A stretch of DNA of 48,088 nucleotides, from IMG/VR virus record IMGVR_UViG_2844443253_000007; one strand, 5' to 3'. This DNA is from a virus. Lineage: Duplodnaviria > Heunggongvirae > Uroviricota > Caudoviricetes. Positions within the stretch are counted from its first letter, which is position 1. The number at the start of each line of letters is the position of its first letter. The notes under the pieces were generated by a model. That model ran no database searches, was not told the origin of the DNA, and worked only from the letters and a program-made list of their open reading frames with translations. The position numbers and the translations under genes were made by a program. Below are positions 1 to 10,079 of the stretch, piece after piece.

Positions 1-436
1 ATGAAGCGTGAAGAAATCGCTGATCTGATGGCGTTTGTCGTCGTTGCAGAGGAGCGTAGCTTCACTCGCGCAGCAGCCCGCCTGAGCATGGTGCAGTCAG
101 CTTTAAGCCAGATAGTGCGCCGTATAGAAGAACGATTGGGATTGCGGCTTCTGACGCGAACCACGCGCAGCGTTGTACCCACTGAAGCGGGCGAGCATCT
201 TTTGTCTGTTCTTGGCCCTATATTGCATGACATAGATTCTGCCCTGACATCCCTGAGCGATCTGCAGAACCGCCCATCCGGGACAATACGTATTACTACT
301 GTAGAACATGCAGCAAAAACGATATTGTTACCAGCCATGCGCACATTCCTGAAATCGCATCCTGAAATTGATATTCAGCTTACCATTGATTATGGTTTGA
401 CCGATGTCGTTTCTGAACGTTTTGATGCAGGCGTCC
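1..436 (+). pseudogene. LysR-family transcriptional regulator, N-terminal portion only; reading frame runs into IS600 terminal repeat at 437
   Basis: N-terminal HTH typical of LysR regulators (FTRAAARLSMVQSALSQ) followed by start of co-inducer domain; ORF continues only by reading through IS600 end. Confidence 0.8.
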
Positions 437-479
437 TGAGGTGTACTGGCAATAGCGGATACTACCATTTGTTCTTTTT

Positions 480-1298
480 TTAAGCAGCCATCTGATGATA
501 TTTTTCCCTGAAGGCTGCCGGGGAGATATTCCCCAGACGAGAGTGACGACGCTGACGATTGTAGAAAATCTCAATGTATTCCCGTATTACTGAGATGGCT
601 TCATCCCGGTTATTAAAACGATAGTGGCTCAGGCTCTCATTTTTCAGCGTTCCCCAGAAGCTTTCCATCGGAGCGTTGTCGTAACAGTTACCTTTACGCG
701 ACATTGATGTTTTCAGACCAGACTGCTCCTGTATGACCCGGTAATCGTATGCGCAGTACTGTGAACCTCGATCAGAGTGGTGGATTAGCCCGGCAGGTGG
801 GCGCTGGCTCCTGAGCGCCATAAACAGGGCTTTACCTGTCAGCTCTTTTGTCATGCGCTCTCCCATGGCGTAGCCGACAATTTCGCACGTATAAACATCT
901 TTGATGCCAGCGAGGTACAACCATCCCTCCTGTGTGGCAACATACGTCAGGTCCGCCACCCAGACCTGATTTGGTGCTGTAGGAGCGAACGTCTGGTTCA
1001 GCAGATTTGGCGCAACTGGCAGATTGTGGTTCGGGTTCGTAGTCGCTCTGAACTTGCGTTTCTGCTTACAGCGTAGCCTCAGCTCCTTACGAAGACGTGC
1101 AAGTCGGTCACGACCAACGATGATGCCATTCTCTGCCAGCTCCGTCTGGAGCCGCCGGGTTCCATATGTTTCGCGAGTGCGGATATGTGCCACCTTAATC
1201 TCCAGTTTTAGCCGCTCATCACTTTGTTTTCTGTCTGAGGGTTCATGCTGTACCCAGTTGTAATAACCGCTCCTGGATACACCAAATACCTGACACAT
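480..1298 (-). CDS. IS600 OrfB transposase (DDE integrase-like catalytic domain)
   Basis: 272-aa ORF identical or near-identical in 5 copies; rve-type motifs (HSDRGSQY, DNAPMESFW). Confidence 0.9.
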   Translation of the reverse strand: MCQVFGVSRSGYYNWVQHEPSDRKQSDERLKLEIKVAHIRTRETYGTRRLQTELAENGIIVGRDRLARLRKELRLRCKQKRKFRATTNPNHNLPVAPNLLNQTFAPTAPNQVWVADLTYVATQEGWLYLAGIKDVYTCEIVGYAMGERMTKELTGKALFMALRSQRPPAGLIHHSDRGSQYCAYDYRVIQEQSGLKTSMSRKGNCYDNAPMESFWGTLKNESLSHYRFNNRDEAISVIREYIEIFYNRQRRHSRLGNISPAAFREKYHQMAA

Positions 1299-1333
1299 CG
1301 CTTCAATGGGAAATTGTTGTCGCCATTGTTCGA

Positions 1334-1636
1334 TTAACGCGTATTTTTCAGCGACTCCTGTGCAAAATACGCTGTTGCTTTTTTTAATATATCTCGCTCA
1401 AGGCGAGCTTCATTTAACGCCTTACGCAGTTGCAGAATTTCAGATTCCAGTTCAGCCAGCGTGCGGGAACCAGGAGTACCGAGCCCTTTTCTGGCGGCGG
1501 TAACCCATTGTCCTAAAGTGCCTTCAGGAAGGGATAATCGGGAAGCGCCTTCACTGATTGAAAGTTGATTTTCAAGAACCGTTCTGACAGCTTCGGCTTT
1601 GAACTCTTTAGAGTAACGTTGGGTTTTTCTGCTCAT
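1334..1636 (-). CDS. IS600 OrfA (HTH transposase subunit)
   Basis: 100-aa ORF repeated in IS600 copies; leucine-zipper/HTH IS3-family OrfA. Confidence 0.9.
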   Translation of the reverse strand: MSRKTQRYSKEFKAEAVRTVLENQLSISEGASRLSLPEGTLGQWVTAARKGLGTPGSRTLAELESEILQLRKALNEARLERDILKKATAYFAQESLKNTR

Positions 1637-2163
1637 TATTAGCTCCTTCTGATGCCATTCTATTTCAGGAAGGAGTGTCCGTTAAACTCAGGCTACCTCA
1701 CTTATTCTAAGCAACCGGGTAGCATCATACGGGGCAATTATGGCCGCATTACCATACATGCAACTGTACATAGCTGATTACCTGGCTGACACCATGCATT
1801 TGTCAGCAGAGGAGCACGGCGCGTATTTGTTGCTGATGTTCAATTACTGGCAAACAGGAAAGCCAATACCCAAAAACAGGTTGGCAAAAATTGCCCGTCT
1901 GACTAACGAGCGATGGGTTGATGTTGAACCATCCTTGCGGGAGTTTTTTTGTGATAACGGCGACGAATGGATGCATCTTCGGATTGAGGAAGATCTGGCA
2001 TCTGTCAGAGAAAAATTAACCAAAAAATCAGCCGCAGGAAAAGCATCTGTTCAGGCCAGAAGAAGCAGAAAGGAAGCAGATGTTCAAACAAAACAAGAGA
2101 GAAATTTAACAGGTGTTCAAACAGATGTTGGAGTGGTGTTCGAACATGATGCTGGATTTGCCC

Positions 2164-3069
2164 TTATATTTCCAGACATCTGTTATCACTTAACCCATTA
2201 CAAGCCCGCTGCCGCAGATATTCCCGTGGCGAGCGATAACCCAGCGCACTATGCGGATGCCATTCGTTATAATGCTCGAACGCCTCTGCAAGGTTCTTTG
2301 CTGCCGTTAACCCGTCTGGTTTGGGCATGATACTGATGTAGTCACGCTTTATCGTTTTCACGAAGCTCTCTGCTATTCCGTTACTCTCCGGACTCCGCAC
2401 CGCCGTGTTCTTCGGTTCAAGTCCCAACATCCGGGCGAACTGGCGTGTTTCATTAGCCCGGTAGCATGAACCATTATCCGTCAGCCACTCCACTGGAGAC
2501 GACGGAAGATCGTTGCCGAAGCGGCGTTCCACCGCTCCCAGCATGACGTCCTGTACTGTTTCACTGTTGAAGCCGCCGGTAGTCCCCGCCCAGTGCAGTG
2601 CCTCACGATCACAGCAGTCCAGCGCGAACGTGACACGCAGTCTCTCTCCGTTATCACAGCAGAACTCGAACCCGTCAGAGCACCATCGCTGATTGCTTTC
2701 TTTCACGGCCACTCTGCCTGTATGTGCCCGTTTCGATGGCGGTACAGCAGGTTTTCGCTCAAGCAACAGCGCATTCTGGCGCATGAGCCGGTAAACACGT
2801 TTGGCATTGATCGCAGGCATACCATCAAGTTCTGCCTGTCTGCGAAGCAGCGCCCATACCCGACGATAACCATACGTGGGCAGCTCTCCGATAACATGGT
2901 GTATACGGAGAAGCACATCCGTATCATCAGTGTGACGACTGCGGCGGCCATCCATCCAGTCATCGGTTCGTCTGAGAATGACGTGCAACTGCGCACGCGA
3001 CACCCGGAGACAACGGCTGACTAAGCTTACTCCCCATCCCCGGGCAATAAGGGCGCGTGCGCTATCCAC
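2164..3069 (-). CDS. insD: IS2 InsD transposase
   Basis: 301-aa ORF, IS3-family DDE transposase, duplicated at 37970-38875. Confidence 0.9.
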
Positions 3070-3437
3070 TTTTTTGCCCGTCCATATTCAACGGCTTCTT
3101 TGAGGAGTTCATTTTCCATCGTTTTCTTGCCGAGCAGGCGCTGGAGTTCTTTAATCTGCTTCATGGCGGCAGCAAGTTCAGAGGCAGGAACAACCTGTTC
3201 TCCGGCGGCCACAGCAGTAAGACTTCCTTCCTGGTATTGCTTACGCCAGAGAAATAACTGGCTGGCTGCTACACCATGTTGCCGGGCAACGAGGGAGACC
3301 GTCATCCCCGGTTCAAAGCTCTGCTGAACAATTGCGATCTTTTCCTGTGTGGTACGCCGTCTGCGTTTCTCCGGCCCTAAGACATCAATAATCTGTTCTC
3401 CAATGACAAGTCTAAAAACTGGTATTAAGACTATCAC
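3027..3437 (-). CDS. insC: IS2 InsC (HTH subunit); ORF track start may be upstream of true start
   Basis: ORF overlapping insD start in -1 frame arrangement typical of IS3 family. Confidence 0.85.
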
Positions 3438-4230
3438 TTAAATAAGTGATACTGGTTGTCTGGAGATTCAGGGGGCCAGTCTAGATGCCAACACAAAGGC
3501 AACTAATAAAGATACAGATAAAGATCTAAAAACAGATCTAACCCATCCCAAACCCTTCCCTTCCGGAAGGGAGTTTCGGGATTTTGTGGCTGGAGTGCTT
3601 GAGGGGAGATTATCTGGCGGTACTGCAGCGGAATTTTGTAATTCTGCGGTGGTTGCGTTGCAGGCTGCTGGCCTGGATGTCTGTCGTGAGTATCCGGTGC
3701 CAGAGCGTGGTGACGGTTGCGGAGGGCGGATTGATATCGTCGTGACTGACAGGAACGGTGTCCGGTGTGGGATCGAGCTTGACCGAAATTCTCCGCGACA
3801 GAAATCACTGCTCAAAATCGGTGCTGTTGAAACCGGGATATGTGTCTTGCGGCGCAGTGATATCGCAAGGCACACCGAGCAGGGAATTCTGGTTATCGGT
3901 GGGGCTGTTCGCCAGAAAAAATTTGACCCGTTGTCAGTTGATCTGCCCGACTGGTTGTCAGAAACACTCTGGCATGAGTGGGTCCAGTTCAGGCAGGCAT
4001 TGCGAAAACCGATTCGAACGGAGCTGGGCGCTAACGGGGCGATACGGGAACTGGAAAAATTCCGTCAGCAGGGTTTTACACCTGAGCAGGTGATTCGACA
4101 CAGCATCGCCAATGAATACCAGGGTCTGTTCGCGCCGAAAGGTGTTCGGCCTGAGACGTTGCTCCGACAGGTTAACACCGTCTCGTTGCCGGACAGTGCG
4201 ATCCCGCCAGGCTTCAGGGGGTAACAGACC

Positions 4231-4977
4231 ATGAAAAATATTGCGACAGGAGGCGTTCTGGAGCGTATCCGCAGACTGACCCCACCACATGTAACCGCCC
4301 CATTCAGAACGGTTGCGGAGTGGCGCGAGTGGCAACTTGCTGAAGGCCAGAAACGTTGCGAGGAGATCAACCGCCTGAATCGTCAGTTGCGGGTGGAAAA
4401 AATCCTGAACCGCTCCGGCATCCAGCCGTTGCACCGGAAGTGTTCGTTTGCGAATTACCGGGCGCAGAACGACGGTCAGCGACATGCACTGAGTCAGGCG
4501 AAATCCATAGCTGACGAACTGATGACAGGCTGTACGAATTTTGTGTTCAGCGGTAAGCCCGGCACCGGAAAAAATCATCTTGCAGCCGCGATTGGCAACC
4601 GGCTGATGGCGAAGGGGCGTAGCGTGATTATCGTCACCGTGTCCGATGTCATGAGCGTGTTGCATGAGAGCTACGACAACGGCAAATCCGGTGAAAAATT
4701 TTTACAGGAGCTTTGTGGTGTTGACCTGCTGGTCCTGGATGAAATTGGCATGCAGCGGGATACGAAAAACGAGCAGGTGGTACTGAACCAGATTGTTGAT
4801 CGCCGGACGGCATCGTTACGCGGTGTGGGGATGCTGACAAATATTAACCATGCAGCGATGAATACACTTCTCGGCGAGCGGGTGATGGATCGCATGGTCA
4901 TGAACGGCGGGCGCTGGGTTAATTTTAACTGGGAGAGCTGGCGTCCGAATGTTAGCCATTCGAGGGTTGTTAAGTAG
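4231..4977 (+). CDS. DnaC-like replicative helicase loader (phage replication ATPase)
   Basis: Walker A GKPGTGKNHL and Walker B LLVLDEIG; position after replication initiator. Confidence 0.8.
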   Translation: MKNIATGGVLERIRRLTPPHVTAPFRTVAEWREWQLAEGQKRCEEINRLNRQLRVEKILNRSGIQPLHRKCSFANYRAQNDGQRHALSQAKSIADELMTGCTNFVFSGKPGTGKNHLAAAIGNRLMAKGRSVIIVTVSDVMSVLHESYDNGKSGEKFLQELCGVDLLVLDEIGMQRDTKNEQVVLNQIVDRRTASLRGVGMLTNINHAAMNTLLGERVMDRMVMNGGRWVNFNWESWRPNVSHSRVVK

Positions 4978-4991
4978 TTTCAGGAGGATTT

Positions 4992-5414
4992 ATGGCGAAA
5001 CCTTTTACTCCCGAACAGCGGGAAGAACTGAAGACGCGAATTGTGGAACTCGTGCATCAGGACGGTCGGGTCACGATTCGGCAGTTGTCCGATGAAACAG
5101 GTATCAGTCGTGCGTCTGTCGGTCGCTTATGCATAGAACTGGTCGCAAGTGGTGATGTATATAATTCTGGCTACGGCTTATTCCCGTCTGAACAGGCTCG
5201 CAAGGACTGGCAAAGCGCCCGCAAAAAACTCTCGAGAGTAAAGGTGAGGAAACCGGTTGTTGTTGATCCGGACCTTATCTGGTCATTACCTGACAGAGAA
5301 ATACGCCGCTACGACAGGCGCCTGAATATAATCTGTCGCGAGTGCCGGAAGAGCGAAGCTATGCAGCGTGTACTGGCTTTCTATCAGGGTAATTTTCAGG
5401 AGGCGATACTGTGA
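4992..5414 (+). CDS. Hypothetical prophage protein (putative HTH)
   Basis: 140-aa ORF with RBS, in-operon with replication genes. Confidence 0.5.
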   Translation: MAKPFTPEQREELKTRIVELVHQDGRVTIRQLSDETGISRASVGRLCIELVASGDVYNSGYGLFPSEQARKDWQSARKKLSRVKVRKPVVVDPDLIWSLPDREIRRYDRRLNIICRECRKSEAMQRVLAFYQGNFQEAIL

Positions 5415-5828
5415 ATGAAATTAGCTATCAGGCTTCAATTACCGCTGGCATTCGCATCAAAGGAGAGGAGCATGGAAATAAAACCAGAAGATGAGTTAAG
5501 CAATATCGTTTTATTTCCGATAAAAGAGGATGACCCTCGTAATCAGGTTAATTTTCTTTATAAGCCATCGGAAAGACCATATTGCCATCACGCCTCTGTA
5601 CGGGTTGACGAAAAAGAGCGTCAGGTCCGCTGTAAAATCTGCGGTGCGGTTGTGGAGCCGTTTGACTGGATGCTCTCTGTGGCAAAAAGAGAAACCAGAC
5701 TGGCAGATGATGTAAGGCTATTGCGCCAGGAGGAACAGGAAAGGCGGAGAAATATAGAAAAGCTGATACAGATTGAGCGTAACGCGAAAGCGCGGATACG
5801 CAGGGCGACAAAATCCAGAACTGAATAA
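5415..5828 (+). CDS. Hypothetical prophage protein with C/H-rich zinc-finger-like motif (alternative start at 5472)
   Basis: ORF with CHH...CKICG motif; start overlaps previous stop. Confidence 0.45.
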   Translation: MKLAIRLQLPLAFASKERSMEIKPEDELSNIVLFPIKEDDPRNQVNFLYKPSERPYCHHASVRVDEKERQVRCKICGAVVEPFDWMLSVAKRETRLADDVRLLRQEEQERRRNIEKLIQIERNAKARIRRATKSRTE

Positions 5829-6140
5829 TTAAATTTAGCACTGTTAAAAATTTAATCCTTAACCGGAGGGATTTCTGCACCCTCAAATCATCAGGAGACC
5901 GCCCGAAAGGGCGGTAATGAATGGTTACATTATTTAGAAAAAAATATCCGCGAAAGAGTAGAACAACAGAATTCCTGTTTCTCATTCTGTTTATCGTGTT
6001 GATGACACCGATATCCCCGCAAATTTTTGTCTGGATAATCGGAAAAATAATTGAGCCAGTTATTGAATTGTATAACGACGTGGTATGGGCGTCATTCAAC
6101 ACACTGCACAATAAAATTAATCCGTATAAGGAAAGCTGAT

Positions 6141-6506
6141 ATGGCACTGACGAAAAAACAACGTGCAGAACTGCGCATGAAGTTCGGTGGTCGCTGCGCT
6201 TATTGCGGCTGCGAACTTGGCGAAAAGTGGCATGCAGACCATGTAAAACCGGTCATTCGTTTTGATGGAAATATGCTTCACCAGGAACGTGACGATATAT
6301 CCAACATGGTACCAGAATGCCACCCATGCAATCTGCACAAGCATTGCAGTAGCCTGGAAGATTATCGACGAATTATCAGTGATGGTCGTCGTGAATTCCT
6401 TGCGTCCGGGAAAGGCAAAGCGCTGGTTCGTATGGGATTGGTTGAAATGAAATCTGACCCGGTTGTGTTCTGGTTTGAAAAATATCAAGAAGGGGCTACG
6501 GCATGA
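6141..6506 (+). CDS. HNH endonuclease
   Basis: CAYCGC...HADH...CHPCN motif pattern of HNH nucleases; RBS AAGGAAAG upstream. Confidence 0.75.
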   Translation: MALTKKQRAELRMKFGGRCAYCGCELGEKWHADHVKPVIRFDGNMLHQERDDISNMVPECHPCNLHKHCSSLEDYRRIISDGRREFLASGKGKALVRMGLVEMKSDPVVFWFEKYQEGATA

Positions 6507-7168
6507 CTACTATTACCAAAGAGCGACTGCAATGGCTGGCTAACATTTCTGGCCGCGATGATATTGACGATATAGACGGCGGTGAAATTCGTGAACTGGC
6601 GCTTATCGCTCTGGCATCACTGGAAGCAGAGCCTGTAGCGGAATGCATTGTTGAAGATGGGGGCATGTGTATTGATGGGTTCGGTGAGTATGTGGGTCAC
6701 TCGCTGCCTGATGGAATGCATGAGCTTTATGCTGCCCCGCGAATGCGACAACCTGATGGATGGAAAGCCGTAGCTGTAGCGTGGAAGGTGACGTTTACTC
6801 AAGTTGACCAGGAATCTAATACGTTCACTGCTATATATTTTTACAAAGCGGAAGTTGAGCGTTGGGTACGACTGCATAAAGCATGTGATTTTCGGGCAGA
6901 TATAACACCGCTTTACGCAGCGCCGGCAGTGCCGGTTGCAGTAAACGACGACATGGCTTACGCATTCCATCACGCACTGTCAGATTCATCGCTTGGCTCT
7001 GATGAAATCGAAGAAATTAAAACCGGTTTGCGTGCTGCCTTTGCCAACGTCACTATCCAACCAGAGCCGATAGTGCCGGATGAAATCGGGCCAAACGATA
7101 GTAATACGTTTGATTATGTTGATGGCTGGAACGCCTGCCGCGCTGCCATGCTTAAGGGAGATAAATAA
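6503..7168 (+). CDS. Hypothetical prophage protein
   Basis: 221-aa ORF, start overlaps upstream stop, acidic N-terminus. Confidence 0.5.
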   Translation: MTTITKERLQWLANISGRDDIDDIDGGEIRELALIALASLEAEPVAECIVEDGGMCIDGFGEYVGHSLPDGMHELYAAPRMRQPDGWKAVAVAWKVTFTQVDQESNTFTAIYFYKAEVERWVRLHKACDFRADITPLYAAPAVPVAVNDDMAYAFHHALSDSSLGSDEIEEIKTGLRAAFANVTIQPEPIVPDEIGPNDSNTFDYVDGWNACRAAMLKGDK

Positions 7169-7533
7169 TGATTAATCGAACCAAACTGGAGCACATTCTC
7201 GAATATGCCAGGCAGCAGAAATGTATTGGGCAACTTTGTAAAATTCCACCAGGAGATATGGTTGAAATCGTGGAAATGGCCATGCGTAAGGCTGGCAACT
7301 CTCCGGTAACTCTGGCTGGCTGGATAAGCTGTAGTGATGCAGTTCCTGCTGAATATTGCGATGTGATTCTTCTCGATGATCTCGGGAATGTATTCCCCGG
7401 TTCCTGGGATAAGGTTTTTTGCCCCACTCGTGGCGGGAATAAGATGGCTTTTGTGGACAAAGACGGCGTTGAAGTAGAGAGCTCAACTCACTGGATGCCG
7501 CTACCGGAACCACCGCAGGAGGTGAATCAATGA
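7168..7533 (+). CDS. Hypothetical prophage protein (DUF551-like)
   Basis: 121-aa ORF, translationally coupled to upstream gene. Confidence 0.45.
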   Translation: MINRTKLEHILEYARQQKCIGQLCKIPPGDMVEIVEMAMRKAGNSPVTLAGWISCSDAVPAEYCDVILLDDLGNVFPGSWDKVFCPTRGGNKMAFVDKDGVEVESSTHWMPLPEPPQEVNQ

Positions 7534-7613
7534 CCTGGCCTGAGGCATTCACCACGGTAGGAATTGCGATGGCGGTGGCGCTGGTGGTGTATTCGATTTG
7601 CCGTTGGGGTTAA
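7530..7613 (+). CDS. Small hydrophobic protein (27 aa), putative
   Basis: ATG overlapping upstream stop; single predicted TM segment; followed by terminator. Confidence 0.3.
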   Translation: MTWPEAFTTVGIAMAVALVVYSICRWG

Positions 7614-7620
7614 CAAACAA

Positions 7621-7650
7621 AAACCCCGGATTGATGGTCCGGGGTTTTTG
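7621..7650 (+). terminator. Rho-independent terminator
   Basis: GC stem CCCCGGA...TCCGGGG followed by T-run. Confidence 0.6.
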
Positions 7651-7930
7651 AAGGAAACAAAACAGAAACAGCAATTGCCGTTACCTGTTGTTACCATGGC
7701 AAGTAAACGTATCTCAGGCGAGCGCATTGCGCCGTTCTGACGCAGATAAATTAGCCTGGATAGAAGGTGCTGGCAATAAAAAATAGCGTTTTCTTATCGG
7801 TATCGGTAAGATTGCTGCGGGTGCTTGAGGCTGTCTGCCTCGGGCATGCCACTGTAAGGCAGACAGAGAAAAGCCCCAGTTAACATTACGCGTCCTGCAA
7901 GACGCTTAACATTAATCTGAGGCCCAATCT

Positions 7931-8143
7931 ATGTCTCACAAATGTAGGTTAGCCTCTTACGTGCCGAAAGGCAAGGAGAAGCAGGCTATGAAGCAGCAAA
8001 AGGCGATGTTAATCGCCCTGATCGTCATCTGTTTAACCGTCATAGTGACGGCACTGGTAACGAGGAAAGACCTCTGCGAGGTACGAATCCGAACCGGCCA
8101 GACGGAGGTCGCTGTCTTCACAGCTTACGAACCTGAGGAGTAA
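7931..8143 (+). CDS. mok-like overlapping reading frame of hok locus
   Basis: Upstream in-frame ORF overlapping hok, as in hok/sok loci. Confidence 0.5.
   Translation: MSHKCRLASYVPKGKEKQAMKQQKAMLIALIVICLTVIVTALVTRKDLCEVRIRTGQTEVAVFTAYEPEE
7988..8143 (+). CDS. hok: Hok/Gef-family type I toxin (51 aa, HokD/RelF-like)
   Basis: MKQQKAMLIALIVICLTVIVTALVTRKDLCEVRIRTGQTEVAVFTAYEPEE - single TM plus conserved Cys, typical Hok. Confidence 0.8.
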   Translation: MKQQKAMLIALIVICLTVIVTALVTRKDLCEVRIRTGQTEVAVFTAYEPEE

Positions 8144-8211
8144 GAGACCAGGCGGGGGAGAAATCCCTCGCCACCTCTCATGTGTCAGGCATCCTCAACG
8201 CACCCGCACTA

Positions 8212-8235
8212 AACCCGCTTCGGCGGGTTTTTTGT
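8212..8235 (+). terminator. Rho-independent terminator downstream of hok
   Basis: AAACCCGCTTCGGCGGGTTTTTTG hairpin plus T-run. Confidence 0.55.
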
Positions 8236-8379
8236 TGCGTGCTGAATACGCAGGGTGAAAAATAACCATATATTTGATTATATACACAACAAAAAATAAA
8301 AGTCATTGTACTTGCACATTAAACAATCAAATATACGGCGTGAAATAAATATTTATCAGATTAATATTTTTGTCTCTAT

Positions 8380-8631
8380 GTGGATATAACCGTTTGTACT
8401 TATAAACCTGGGGGCATCGTGGAAAAAATAAAGAAACTATTTAGTAGCAAATACGCAGTCATACGTCGTGATGACCTGTCAGTTATAGTCGAAATGGATT
8501 ACTTCCCTGAAACCCCAAAATCAATAATGTATCGTAATGGTCGAAAGGCAATTTTTTTACCGATGAGGGTAAGTGACATTATGGGAAATGATAAACTGCT
8601 GGATGAATTGCGAGTCAGAGCATCCTGTTAG
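8380..8631 (+). CDS. Hypothetical small protein; native stop lies at the IS1 insertion site
   Basis: ORF only; AT-rich upstream region. Confidence 0.3.
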   Translation: MDITVCTYKPGGIVEKIKKLFSSKYAVIRRDDLSVIVEMDYFPETPKSIMYRNGRKAIFLPMRVSDIMGNDKLLDELRVRASC

Positions 8632-8648
8632 TAGGTAATGACTCCAAC

Positions 8649-9152
8649 TTACTGATAGTGTTTTATGTTCAGATAATGCCCGATGACCTTGTCATGCAGC
8701 TCCACCGATTTTGAGAACGACAGTGACTTCCGTACCAGCCTTGCCAGATGTTGTCTCAGATTCAGATTATGTCGCTCAATGCGCTGAGTGTAACGCTTGC
8801 TGATAACGTGCAGCTTTCCCTTCAGGCGTGATTCATACAGCGGCCAGCCATCCGTCATCCATACCACGACCTCAAAGGCCGACAGCAGGCTCAGAAGACG
8901 CTCCAGTGTGGCCAGAGTGCGTTCACCGAAGACGTGCGCCACAACCGTCCTCCGTATCCTGTCATACGCGTAAAACAGCCAGCGCTGACGTGATTTAGCA
9001 CCGACGTAGCCCCAATGTTCGTCCATTTCAGCGCAGACAATCACATCACTGCCCGGTTGTATGCGCGAGGTTACCGACTGCGGCCTGAGTTTTTTAAGTG
9101 ACGTAAAACCGTGTTGAGGCCAACGCCCATAATGCGTGCACTGGCACGACAT
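8649..9152 (-). CDS. insB: IS1 InsB (expressed as InsAB' by frameshifting)
   Basis: 167-aa ORF overlapping insA. Confidence 0.9.
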   Translation of the reverse strand: MSCQCTHYGRWPQHGFTSLKKLRPQSVTSRIQPGSDVIVCAEMDEHWGYVGAKSRQRWLFYAYDRIRRTVVAHVFGERTLATLERLLSLLSAFEVVVWMTDGWPLYESRLKGKLHVISKRYTQRIERHNLNLRQHLARLVRKSLSFSKSVELHDKVIGHYLNIKHYQ

Positions 9153-9346
9153 CCGACGCCATTCATGGCCATATCAATGATTTTCTGGTGCGTACCGGGC
9201 TGAGAGGCGGTGTAAGTGAACTGTAGTTGCCATGTTTTACGGCAATGAGAGCAGAGATAGCGCTGATGTCCGGCAGTGCTTTTGCCGTTACGCACCACGC
9301 CTTCAGTAGCGGAGCAGGAAGGACATCTGATGGAAATGGAAGCCAC
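9071..9346 (-). CDS. insA: IS1 InsA
   Basis: 91-aa ORF repeated in all four IS1 copies. Confidence 0.9.
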   Translation of the reverse strand: MASISIRCPSCSATEGVVRNGKSTAGHQRYLCSHCRKTWQLQFTYTASQPGTHQKIIDMAMNGVGCRASARIMGVGLNTVLRHLKNSGRSR

Positions 9347-9479
9347 GCAAGCACCTTAAAATCACCATCATACACTAAATCAGTAAGTTGGCAGCATTAC
9401 CCTGTTAGTATTGGCATTAATTCTGGTATACTACATAACGGGCTGAACACCCATTCTACTGCGCCAGCGGAGAACTACG

Positions 9480-10079
9480 ATGGCGCATATACAACTGGTC
9501 AAACAAACCTCTTCCGGATTACTTCTCCCGGCGACGCCGGAGAGTTGCGATTTTTTGCATCAAATCAAAATAGGTGAGTGGATACACGCAGACTTTAAGC
9601 GTGTGCGTAACTACGCATTCCACAAGCGTTTTTTCAAACTCCTGCAACTGGGATTTGATTACTGGACTCCGGTCGGTGGGGCGATCACGCCTCGCGAACG
9701 AAAACTGGTATCAGGCTTCGTTGATTACCTGTGCGAATCAGTAGGTCGGGAACACACTCCAGCCCTGAGTGATGCCGCAGAGCAATACCTTAATACAGTT
9801 GCGACATGCAGAACCCGGGATACGGCATTGCTAAAGTCGTTTGACGCTTTCCGCGAGTGGGTAACCATTCAGGCCGGATTTTACACCGAGCATATTTATC
9901 CTGATGGTAGTCGTGGGCGCAGGGCAAAATCTATCGCATTTGCGAACATGGACGAAACCGAGTTTCAGCAGGTTTATAAATCTGTACTGAATGTGCTGTG
10001 GAACTGGATCCTGTTCCGTAAATTTTCCTCTCCGGAGGAAGTCGAAAATGTGGCCGCGCAGTTACTGGAGTTTGCGTAA
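9480..10079 (+). CDS. Prophage protein, DUF1367-like
   Basis: 199-aa ORF in nin-like region upstream of Q; family assignment by recall. Confidence 0.5.
   Translation: MAHIQLVKQTSSGLLLPATPESCDFLHQIKIGEWIHADFKRVRNYAFHKRFFKLLQLGFDYWTPVGGAITPRERKLVSGFVDYLCESVGREHTPALSDAAEQYLNTVATCRTRDTALLKSFDAFREWVTIQAGFYTEHIYPDGSRGRRAKSIAFANMDETEFQQVYKSVLNVLWNWILFRKFSSPEEVENVAAQLLEFA

Larger units (their letters stand above)
437..1700 (-). mobile_element. IS600 (IS3 family), complete ~1264 bp copy, no matching 3-bp flanking repeat
   Basis: Terminal sequences TGAGGTAGCCTGAG... and ...CACCTCA identical to the other IS600 copies in window; flanks differ (tcc / ctt). Confidence 0.9.
2153..3483 (-). mobile_element. 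IS2, 1331 bp, flanked by 5-bp target duplication GATGC
   Basis: Ends TGGATTTGCCC... and ...GGGGGCCAGTCTA; GATGC at 2148-2152 and 3484-3488. Confidence 0.95.
1740..4224 (+). pseudogene. Phage replication protein (DUF1376/YdaU-like) split by IS2; reading frame is continuous once IS2 and one copy of the 5-bp repeat are removed
   Basis: N-part 1740-2152 and C-part 3484-4224 are in frame across junction ...HDA|NTKAT...; sits directly upstream of DnaC-like loader. Confidence 0.75.
8634..9401 (-). mobile_element. IS1, 768 bp, flanked by 9-bp target duplication CTGTTAGTA
   Basis: Ends GGTAATGACTCC... and ...GGCAGCATTACC; identical 9-mers at 8625-8633 and 9402-9410. Confidence 0.95.

Noticed and set aside
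1024-1503. ORFs antisense to IS600 orfA/orfB (also at 11441-11920, 18669-18908, 34557-35036, 46533-47012)
   Set aside because: Repeated only because the IS is repeated; overlap the transposase genes on the opposite strand and show no independent signals.
2593-3327. ORFs antisense within IS2 (also at 38399-39133)
   Set aside because: Embedded opposite to insC/insD; considered spurious.
3586-4224. Independent 212-aa ORF
   Set aside because: It is the C-terminal part of the IS2-split replication gene starting at 1740; in frame after excision of IS2.
3468-4665. Minus-strand ORFs overlapping the replication and dnaC-like genes
   Set aside because: Antisense to better-supported plus-strand genes with operon structure and Walker motifs.
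9163-9577. ORFs spanning the IS1 end and flanking DNA
   Set aside because: Cross the IS1 boundary; the flanking gene proper starts at 9480.
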